Source of the DNA: Eledone cirrhosa
Taxonomy: Eukaryota
Assembly (NCBI GenBank): GCA_964016885.1
Contig: OZ024741.1
Coordinates: forward strand, 371,814,001-371,878,000
Direction of reading: 5' to 3'
Length of the DNA: 64,000 nt
Position numbers and translations under genes: made by a program. Below the pieces are notes generated by a model. That model saw nothing but the letters and a program-made list of their open reading frames with translations. It was not told where the DNA came from and searched no databases. The number at the start of each line of letters is the position of its first letter. Positions within the stretch are counted from its first letter, which is position 1. Below, in pieces: positions 57,268-64,000 of this stretch.

Positions 57268-57572
57268 CAGGGGTGTGCGACATATTCCATTGGCGGGCTA
57301 CTTTTGAACATTGGAACAACTATTAGGGCCATTAATATTTATTAAGCTCTATTCCAAAGATTCACCACAGCTTCTTTCCATAACATGGAACTTGGAAATT
57401 ACAACACACATAGCCCTTTAGTATAGGTCAACTAACAGAAAATTGTATTACGGTTACGAAAAAAATTCTAAATAAGCCTACAAGGTAAAAATTAAAAACG
57501 GTCAATGCGGGCCATTCTGACAGGTCTGGCGGGCCGGATTGTGGCCCGCGGGCCGCTTGTTGTTCACCCCTG
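57268..57572. mobile_element. non-autonomous hAT (Charlie/Buster-type) MITE, 305 bp
   Basis: TIRs CAGGGGTGTGCGACA and CAGGGGTGAACAACA (12/15 identical). 8-bp TSD TCGTAAAG (57,260-57,267) / CCGTAAAG (57,573-57,580) with central TA. Subterminal GCGGGCCGGATTGTGGCCCGCGGGCCG motif typical of Charlie-like elements. Confidence 0.9.
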
Positions 57573-57580
57573 CCGTAAAG

Positions 57581-57840
57581 CATTCTTTTCGACATCCTAA
57601 CGACTCTGCTTGGTACAATATTACTCATGGTTAATTTTTCTAGGATGTACACGTGAAGAATACCGTCCAAAACGTCAGTGAACCAATAACAGCTCAGGTC
57701 CTTCTTTTTCCTTCTTTGTTGATCAGTAATTGAGCTTTAGAGTCATGCAAGCCTTTGCAACCTCCCTTCTGCACTTCTGAAAATAATTTGCATCTTTCCC
57801 AGATGTTTGTCAACCAATCAATCAGGTTCTTGCTACTGGT
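57581..57840 (-). pseudogene. reverse transcriptase remnant of an R4/Dong-like (RLE-type) non-LTR retrotransposon
   Basis: Minus-strand translation LFSEVQKGGCKGLHDSKAQLLINK, a frameshift, then RKKKDLSCYWFTDVLDGILHVYILEKLTMSNIVPSRVVRM. This matches the R4-clade pattern EQKGxxKGxxGxKDQLLI...KNLSxAWIDYxKAFDSVPHxWILE. Confidence 0.75.
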
Positions 57841-58031
57841 GCAGTCAGTTGGGGTGCCAGTTTATAAGTCTGACTGTGTAACCATCATGGCATTTCAATG
57901 GGCCTTAGAAATGCTTGAAAGTGCCCATCTCTTCTCCAAGTGTCCAATTTCTCATTAAGTTTAGGGTGCCAGTAGAAGTAGCGGAGTCAGAAGTAATAGT
58001 CTGGATTAAGATAGTGTTTCCCTTCAGGGAG

Positions 58032-58486
58032 TCAATCAGGTGTTATCCAGGTCCATCTCATTCCTGCAAGAGGAACACCTCCCTAGTTGACCTCCACCAC
58101 ATCCTATCTCTGGCCATACTTGGCCATGTGGAACCGAGGTATCGGGTCATATCGTTGCACTATCTTGCCTTTGGCCGCCTTCTGGATCTTCTCCACTGCT
58201 TTGGTGTCCACTTTGTCGTTTTAATAGTCCACCTGTTGTGTCCGAGACAAGAGATGTTGACAGCCCATTTATGTTTGCTCTTCTTGATCTTCTCGATTGT
58301 GTCCTTCACCCCAGTCTGCTGTCGAAGTCAGGTGCTGCTCTTCCCGTCACGTAAGAAGATACCGAGCATGATTAACTCCATCTTATGTTAGGCCACAACA
58401 ATAGTCTCTGCAGTGGAGGTGTTGACTACTCTGTCTCACTTCCATAAGTCATCACCGGCAGAACATATTCATTTTCACCTGTATCT
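58032..58486 (-). mobile_element. 5'-truncated RTE-clade LINE, 3' end (decayed ORF C-terminus)
   Basis: Minus strand YVLPVMTYGSET, then after a frameshift KMELIMLGIFLRDGKSST*LRQQTGVKDTIEKIKKSKHKWAVNISCLGHNRWTIKTTKWTPKQWRRSRRRPKAR*CNDMTRYLGSTWPSMARDRMWWRSTREVFLLQE* (stop at 58,060-58,058). Classic RTE C-terminal motifs with internal stops. Confidence 0.88.
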
Positions 58487-58827
58487 CATTAAACATTTCT
58501 GCTGGTACCTTATCTACCCCTCTTTGAGAGAGATATATGCCGGCCTCCCACGCATATCTGTCGTTGTATGTAAAAGGAGAGTAAGATTTGCTGGCCACTG
58601 CCTTTCTGCCACCTATGAGGCTGTGTCCCGTTAGTGCTTTGGAAACCACAAGCAGTCACTAATAACAGGGGGAGTAAGTTCTACTACCCCGATGTCATCT
58701 CCAAAGATTCTGGTATTGAAATCCAGGACTTGGAAACGGCAATGAACGACAGACCCATGTGGAGATCAATCGTTGAGTCTATTTTGGCTGAGGCCGCCGT
58801 ATGATGATGATGATGATGATGATGATG
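58487..58827 (+). mobile_element. second 5'-truncated RTE-clade LINE 3' end with (TGA)n tail
   Basis: PSLREIYAGLPRISVVVCKRRVRFAGHCL, a frameshift, then LVLWKPQAVTNNRGSKFYYPDVISKDSGIEIQDLETAMNDRPMWRSIVESILAEAAV*. The stop codon is the first unit of a (TGA)n tail at 58,802-58,827. Confidence 0.85.
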
Positions 58828-59045
58828 TAACCCTCTTAAATATTTTAAACAAGGGTTTGGAATCCTACCATTTCCTGGAGCCTTTCACTTGTTAATTTTC
58901 TGTGACACCTGGGGTACTTCTTGGGATGATACCCGACATCCCGCTATTAATTTCTTGTCACGCTCCTTGCTTCGAACATTCTCGTCCCTGGGGATTCCTC
59001 CACTGTTTATAACTCTCAAAACAATTCTACATCTCTTCCTGTTGG
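58828..59045 (-). pseudogene. upstream RT-region fragment of the same R4-like element
   Basis: Minus strand VSSQEVPQVSQKINK*KAPGNGRIPNPCLKYLRGL resembles the R4-clade NWKAPGxDGIxNFWLKxL motif. Colinear with GNTILIQ (~58,000-58,025) and the 57,581-57,840 fragment. Confidence 0.6.
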
Positions 59046-59175
59046 TGCTGAATTCATTTTTATTTTCTTATTTCTTATTATTAGTTACTCTGGAAAAAAG
59101 TTGTTTTTGATTTGAATCGAATTGTTTGTTTTATTCAAAGAATCGTTGTCGTTCTTCATAACAGAGTGACATCAC

Positions 59176-59238
59176 AGACACGCGCACACACGCACACACA
59201 CACACGCACACATACATATATATATATATAGATATATA
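59176..59238. repeat. compound (CA)n/(TA)n microsatellite
   Basis: ACACGCGCACACACGCACACACACACACGCACACATACATATATATATATATAGATATATA. Confidence 0.9.
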
Positions 59239-59244
59239 ATCACT

Positions 59245-59460
59245 AATTGAATAGACACATGCTTTTTCTACAATATGTTTTTACCATTTCTTCCTACCTT
59301 TCTATTTCTTCTTTTATTTCTCATTTTATTTACTAATGAAGGTCTAGCGCCCGAAACGTTAAGACTCTTTTCCTACTAAATCAAGCGTTAAACGAATATA
59401 TATCTTCGGTGTACTGTATTCTTTGTTTTATTGTTTTCGGTTTACCTTTCGCATGTATAT
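59245..59460 (+). mobile_element. ~215-bp Penelope-like pLTR-type element with a degenerate minimal hammerhead motif (copy A)
   Basis: CTAATGAAGGTCTAGCGCCCGAAACGTTAAGA at 59,333-59,364. The segment aligns with the reverse complement of 60,741-60,960, and both copies lie between (TA)n tracts. Confidence 0.6.
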
Positions 59461-60369
59461 ATCATATATTTATGTGTGTCTGTGCATCAATGATATTTTG
59501 CTTCAGCTGGTCTTTTATTTTAGGTACTTCCCTTTCTGTTATGTCATATTTCTCTCATATTTGTCGTCTTTTTTTCAGTTGTTTCTTTTCGTTATTTTTT
59601 TCATTGACAATTGTGATATATTTTTTCTACAGTATATTATTTATTTATGTTCATATATGGAACAAAAATCGCTAATATACTTAAGGTTTATATACGTATA
59701 TATAGCAGTAATTTGAACTCTCAACAAAGTAGGTCTAGCCTCCACATATACTGACCCCTGGGCAAAATGATGTTCAGTTTTTCTTTATCTCGGGCTGGTG
59801 CCAGTAGTCTGGAGGAACTGCCCTCTTTTCACCGAAGAGACGGACATCCTTCGAGTTACTCAAACAAGCAGAGAGATGTAGCGCTTAGCCAAAACGCCTC
59901 CAGCCCTCTCGACAGGGTTAGCACCTCGATAAAGATTAGTTCAATGCATCTTGCCAGACTACTACTGCATTCACTCAAACCAACCACACAAACATAACAA
60001 ACAATTTACTTGGTTCCTTGTTATTTTCTTACATTTTCAACAATAGATTCGATGTAAGTTATTTCTTATTGAAAATTATTAAAGTAGCAATGTTTATTAT
60101 TGTTCACGGATATTGTTAATGGTAGCTTCACTTTCAACTACTGACTATGGCAACGAATACAACCACACTTCTCTACTCACTGAGACACACAGTCAAATAA
60201 TTTGCCATAAGTCACAAACATTCCAACATTACATGGGAGAGAGCAATTCACGGAATCACCCATTACTCCAACAACATTAATACTACAGCATCTGCCACGC
60301 CAAAGTGAACAACGAACAATAATACCAAACCCAAACCATCTCTCGCGCTACCTCTAAAATATTCAAACA

Positions 60370-60388
60370 TCTCTCTCTCTCTCTCTCT

Positions 60389-60419
<31 letters not shown>
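60370..60419. repeat. compound (CT)n(CA)n(TA)n microsatellite
   Basis: TCTCTCTCTCTCTCTCTCTACACACACACATATATATATATATATATATA. Confidence 0.92.
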
Positions 60420-60491
60420 CGGTAAACATTGGTATAATTCAGTTCGAGAACTCAATGTACATTTTTCCACGTAGGAACGACGGAGTATGTT

Positions 60492-60624
60492 TAGAATAAG
60501 AAAATACAAAGTTGAGATCATGGTACTGGGTACTACGGAATCGCGTGGCCACTGTCGTCATCGAAATATGTTATTAAAGAACTTAATAAAGAACTTTAAT
60601 ATCTAAACTACTTTGTATTTCCTT

Positions 60625-60630
<6 letters not shown>
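60492..60630. mobile_element. small MITE-like element with 21-bp terminal inverted repeats abutting a (TA)n tract
   Basis: TAGAATAAGAAAATACAAAGT (60,492-60,512) versus the reverse complement of 60,610-60,630, TAGAATAAGGAAATACAAAGT (20/21 identical). Confidence 0.65.

Positions 60631-60672
<42 letters not shown>
60629..60672. repeat. (TA)n(TG)n microsatellite
   Basis: About 17 TA units followed by TG units. Confidence 0.95.
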
Positions 60673-60673
<1 letters not shown>

Positions 60674-60684
60674 TAATATAGAAG

Positions 60685-60735
60685 AGCTTCTACAGGACTA
60701 GAACTGTTTCATTCGTGAGAAATCACCAGGGAGCT
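60685..60735 (-). ncRNA. degenerate type I hammerhead ribozyme motif
   Basis: Minus strand AGCTCC-CTGGTGA-T-TTC-TCAC-GAA-T-GAAA-CAG-TTCTAGTC-CTG-TA-GAAGCT. Stem I AGCT.C/G.AGCT, core CUGgUGA (one mismatch to CUGANGA), stem II TTC/GAA, GAAA, stem III ACAG/CTGT, GUA cleavage triplet. Confidence 0.55.
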
Positions 60736-60740
60736 GATAT

Positions 60741-60960
60741 ATATATGCAAAAGGTTAACAGAAATAACAACACAATCGATACAGTATATGGAAGGAATAT
60801 ATTAGGTTAACGCTTGATATAGCAGGAAGAGGGTCTTAACGTTTCGGACGCTAGTCCTTTATCAGAAGAAAGAGTGAGAAATAAGATAGATTGAAGGAAC
60901 GGGCGGGTTGGAATTGGAAAAAATGTCTTTAGATAAAAATAACAGGTCCATTCATGTTGA
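60741..60960 (-). mobile_element. ~215-bp Penelope-like pLTR-type element with a degenerate minimal hammerhead motif (copy B)
   Basis: Minus strand TCTT-CTGATAA-A-GGAC-TAGC-GTCC-GAAAC-GTT-AAGA (60,869-60,834). Stem I TCTT/AAGA, stem II GGAC/GTCC, palindromic loopless stem III AACGTT. Confidence 0.62.
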
Positions 60961-60967
60961 CATCTCT

Positions 60968-61004
60968 TATATATATATATATATATATATATATGGGGGG
61001 GGGG
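60968..61004. repeat. (TA)n plus poly-G tract
   Basis: About 13 TA units followed by 10 G. Confidence 0.92.
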
Positions 61005-61190
61005 TTGTGTTTGTTTCCGGTATTGTATACTTGGGTTTTGATCACTTTATCTGAGTAAATCTGTTGTCGTAGTTACATTCCGTGTAACTACCATGGTTGT
61101 ATATAAGGGCGTATGGTTTAATGGTTAGTGTGCTGGGCTCACTATTGAAATTTCGTGAGTTACATTTGTTGTAACCATCATGGCTGTATC

Positions 61191-61385
61191 TGAAGGTGTG
61201 TGGCTTAGTGTGGTTCGGGTGCTTAGTCATAAGTTTGATCCTCAGACCGGAGCAAAAAATTATTTGTATCTGTAATTCAAGGGACCAGCTTTGCCACGCA
61301 CTCGTTTACTTACACGTTAAATTCATGAGCAAATTGTTTCGTTGATTAAACCAACTGGAACGCTCATCATCGAAAACGACTGAGG
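61191..61385 (+). mobile_element. second SINE family (tRNA-like head, internally deleted), resembling octopus SINEs; a head-only fragment lies at 61,105-61,161
   Basis: Head GAAGGTGTGTGGCTTAGTGTGGTT (A-box-like). Body TGTATCTGTAATTCAAGGGACCAGC...CTTACACGTTAAATTCATGAGC...CAACTGGAACGCTCATCATCG recalled from octopod SINEs, not verified by search. Confidence 0.55.
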
Positions 61386-61645
61386 TCAAAGTAAACCATA
61401 GCTGTTAAGCATAGTATTTCGTTTAACCAAGTGATATTCATGTAGTATCTGTTTTCAATAATTTTCTTTTCATTGCTGTTGCTATTTCATCTTTAAATTG
61501 TTTCTTTGATAAGGATATTAGTTGGTCCACCGAGTGATCTATAGGTTTTTAATTATTTAATTATTTTCACCTGTACTTTATTGTGATCTTCATTATTTCC
61601 ATCTTTAGAAGTTCTAATTTGTAAATCTTCCTCTCATATTCACTA

Positions 61646-61832
61646 TTGGCAGTATCTGTAGAGGGTCGGACGCCATGCTTTGCAGCAGAGAGTTACGGCT
61701 CTTTGCGGTCTGAGGTTAACTTTGCCTTTCACCCTCACGGTGTCTATAAAATAAAGTAGTAGTTACGTACTGGGGTCGATTTAATCGACTTTCCTCTTCC
61801 CTCAAATTACTGGCCTCTATACTAGAAATCAT
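61646..61832 (+). mobile_element. tRNA-derived SINE (long form, B-box region deleted)
   Basis: TTGGCAGTATCTGTAGAGGGTCGGACGCCATGC...GAGGTTAACTTTGCCTTTCA...TGGGGTCGATTTAATCGACT. Confidence 0.85.
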
Positions 61833-61931
61833 GTTAACCTTGCCTTTCATCCTTGCGGAGTCGATAAAATAAAGTACCAGTAATGTACTGGGTAATTGCT
61901 GGCCTTGTGCCTAAAGTAGAAACAATTATTT
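61833..61931 (+). mobile_element. 5'-truncated SINE (short form)
   Basis: GTTAACCTTGCCTTTCATCCTTGCGGAGTCGATAAAATAAAGTACCAGTAATGTACTGGGTAATTGCTGGCCTTGTGCCTAAAGTAGAAACAATTATT. Confidence 0.87.
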
Positions 61932-61940
61932 GTTAGGACA

Positions 61941-62111
61941 GTGGACTGACAGAGACTAAGAAATGCTTCGAAATATTTGTTAAAGCTCTTTTCGTTGTGA
62001 GCTCAAATCACGACAAGGTTAGCTTTACCTTTTATCCTTACAGAGTCGATAAAATAAAGTACCAGTCACTAACTAGGGTCGATTTAATTGACTTTCTCCT
62101 TCCCCTCAAAT
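61941..62111 (+). mobile_element. diverged SINE (long form)
   Basis: GAGCTCAAATCACGACAAGGTTAGCTTTACCTTTTATCCTTACAGAGTCGATAAAATAAAGTACCAG...GGGTCGATTTAATTGACT. Confidence 0.8.
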
Positions 62112-62280
62112 AGTTTATTTTGTTTGTTTCGTTTTGTTTTTTGTTATTTTCTTTGTTCACTATTTTTGCTTTTCTTATATGCTTTTTGTGTAATAGGTGC
62201 TCTTTTTCGATTTCTGATATATTTGCTTTGTTTGATGATATTGAGAATATATATTCTTTTTGTTAGCTTGTCTGCTTGAC

Positions 62281-62389
62281 TCACGCCGAGGTCAACTTTG
62301 CCTTTCATCCTTTCGAGGTCGATAAAATAAACTACTAGTAATACACTGGGATAATTGCTGATCTTGTGCCAAAAGTAGAAACAATTATA
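62281..62389 (+). mobile_element. 5'-truncated SINE (short form)
   Basis: CGCCGAGGTCAACTTTGCCTTTCATCCTTTCGAGGTCGATAAAATAAA...CTGGGATAATTGCTGATCTTGTGCCAAAAGTAGAAACAATTAT. Confidence 0.87.
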
Positions 62390-62479
62390 TTTAGATCAGG
62401 GTTATTTTCTTTCCAAATTTCAGTATGAATTTTGAAATAATCATCGTTCAGTATTTTTATTAATTTTTGCTCTGTTCAG

Positions 62480-62955
62480 AGACGAAAGGGTCATTGTGGA
62501 GAGAAAAGAGCGGTGTGGTGAACGAAGCAAAGTGACAAATGAGGGCAGACGCTTCACATTCCTCGTCGGTCTATTTCTCATCAATTTCTTGAAATACCTT
62601 TTGGAGAGAAAGGAAGGGAGATGCTACTCTCCACTTCCAGTATATTGTTTGAAAGGTGAGTGGTGTATAGTCCGAAATATATTGGCATGCTTCCAGCATG
62701 AGCCTGTAAGCCGAAGAACAAAGATAGAAGAAGGCAATTGCGCTAAGTTTTAGGGGTAATCTGGGTTCAGTGAGGTTCCCAGATTGGTCCCAGGTGGTCC
62801 TCTCCCTATCCGGAAGTCGTTCTTTCTTTCATTTCTCCTTTTGTGTTTATGTTGACGTTTTTCAAACACTTTAACACTCACCATCATTGTAATTTTCTTT
62901 GTGTTGTCCTTCATCCGTGGCTCTTGTAGTAATAATAAAGAAAGAATTATTATTT
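62480..62955 (+). mobile_element. possible decayed 3' end of an L1/Tx1-like LINE
   Basis: Peptide FLVGLFLINFLKYLLERK...W resembles Tx1 ORF2 C-termini as recalled. It is followed by a T-rich 3'UTR-like stretch and an AATAAAGAAAGAATTATTATT tail. Confidence 0.35.
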
Positions 62956-62967
62956 TTTCAGTAGTCT

Positions 62968-63365
62968 TACCGGTCGCTCTCCGACAGGTTTGCGGTCGTG
63001 CCCTTGGCAGTGGAAACTTCTGGTGTCCTTGGCCCTAGGGCTACCTCCCTCCTCACCAACATAGGTGCTGAGCTGGCCAGCCGCAGGTGTGAGCCTCGCG
63101 TGATGGAATGGCTCTTCCAGCGCATCTCCCTTACTATCCTCCGGGGAAACGCCTTCACCATTCTGTCCGACGGGGTTGTGGGACGGCCAGCACGTGGGAC
63201 CTCATTTGCTCACAATACAGAGAGATGGGGAGGGCGAGAGAGATGGAGGTGATGACAGTGGGAGTTCGGCTCTTCCGTGCATCTCTCATGTGGATCACTC
63301 CATATGATGGAATACTTTTCCTCCTTTGTCCCATAGACACAGACACGTGTACGCTGGAATAATGG
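62968..63365 (+). mobile_element. 5'-truncated CRE-clade non-LTR retrotransposon: restriction-like endonuclease C-terminus plus 3'UTR
   Basis: YRSLSDRFAVVPLAVETSGVLGPRATSLLTNIGAELASRRCEPRVMEWLFQRISLTILRGNAFTIL matches the CRE-type pattern YxxL...FxPxAxETxGxxG...PR...LxQRxSxxxxRGNAxxI. GC-rich relative to its flanks; the 3' boundary is approximate. Confidence 0.85.
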
Positions 63366-63401
63366 AAGAATCTCAATTACGTTCGATAAAGTAGTCTTAT
63401 T

Positions 63402-63612
63402 GTGAATTGTAAGCATTGGTAGATCGTCGAACAACATGCTTTGTGGCATTTTGTTACGTCCCTTTACGTCCTGAGTTCAAATCCCGTCGAGGTTAGCTTT
63501 GCCTTTCATCCTTTCAGGATCGATAAAATAAAGTACCAGTAACGCATTAGGGTCGATTTAATCGAATTTCGACTTCCGTTCAAATTTCTGACCTTGTACC
63601 AAATGTAGAAAT

Positions 63613-63653
<41 letters not shown>
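63402..63653 (+). mobile_element. near full-length SINE (long form) with (AGT)n tail
   Basis: B-box GAGTTCAAATCC, core GAGGTTAGCTTTGCCTTTCATCCTTTCAGGATCGATAAAATAAAGTACCAG, GGGTCGATTTAATCGA, and an (AGT)13 tail at 63,614-63,653. Confidence 0.88.
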
Positions 63654-63807
63654 TAAACACTCTGCAATCTGATTTCTTCCCATCACATCGGCTTAACCTG
63701 ATTCCTCTTAACTATGGGAGAAAATTAGATAGCTTAGTGTTAACATACTTAATGCATGGGACATTTAAAAGCTAATTAGAAATAATTATACTGTGAAGAA
63801 TAGCGAA

Positions 63808-63995
63808 GGTGGATTGGCAGTATCGGTAGAGGGTCGGACGCCATGCTTTCCAGCATAGTTACGTCCCTTGCCATTCTGAGTTCAAATCCCGCCGAGGTTA
63901 ACTTTGCCTTTCATCCTTACGGGGTCGATCAAATAAAGTACCAGTAATGTACTAGGTAATTGCTGGCCTTGTGACAAAAGTAGAAACAATTATTT
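63808..63995 (+). mobile_element. full-length tRNA-derived SINE (short form)
   Basis: A-box-like TGGCAGTATCGG, B-box GAGTTCAAATCC, Nin/Deu-like core, 3' end CCTTGTGACAAAAGTAGAAACAATTATTT. Confidence 0.9.
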
Positions 63996-64000
63996 CCTAA

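Noticed and set aside
57428-57670. 80-aa minus-strand ORF
   Set aside because: Chimera of the decayed RT fragment reading into the hAT MITE.
57852-57973. Direct repeat GGGTGCCAGT at ~57,852 and ~57,964 as a possible transposon fragment
   Set aside because: No TIR or TSD could be defined; too little evidence to call.
57915-58391. 158-aa plus-strand ORF
   Set aside because: Antisense shadow of the RTE coding strand; no recognisable domain.
59409-59716. Overlapping hydrophobic Phe/Ile/Tyr-rich ORFs (also 58,889-59,110 and 62,088-62,279) as membrane proteins
   Set aside because: Products of T-rich low-complexity DNA or antisense TE sequence.
63808-63895. tRNA gene
   Set aside because: A/B-box spacing is too long, no cloverleaf forms, and the sequence continues into a repeated SINE body.

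Overview
Eukaryotic, gene-free, repeat-dominated window, probably from a coleoid cephalopod (octopus-like); this host call rests on recalled SINE sequences, not a database search. Bases 1-~53,119 are one uninterrupted 35-bp satellite array (consensus ACAACTGTATAGTGGACAACGTTRTTAGGAGTCTR, about 1,500 copies) that runs off the left edge. It has internal palindromes and layered higher-order repeats (about 2.6/4.5/7.1 kb, 1.6 kb, 4.1-4.2 kb, 245 bp and a 70-bp dimer at the edge). The last ~11 kb is transposon debris: a 45-bp minisatellite, two hAT-type MITEs with 8-bp TSDs, and nested decayed non-LTR retrotransposons (R4-like, two RTE, CRE-like, possibly Tx1 and L2/CR1). It also holds at least eight same-strand tRNA-derived SINE copies, three degenerate hammerhead-ribozyme motifs in (TA)n-embedded elements, and microsatellites. 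No intact protein-coding gene, CRISPR array or canonical RNA gene is supported; the supplied ORFs are retroelement fragments, antisense shadows or low-complexity artefacts.
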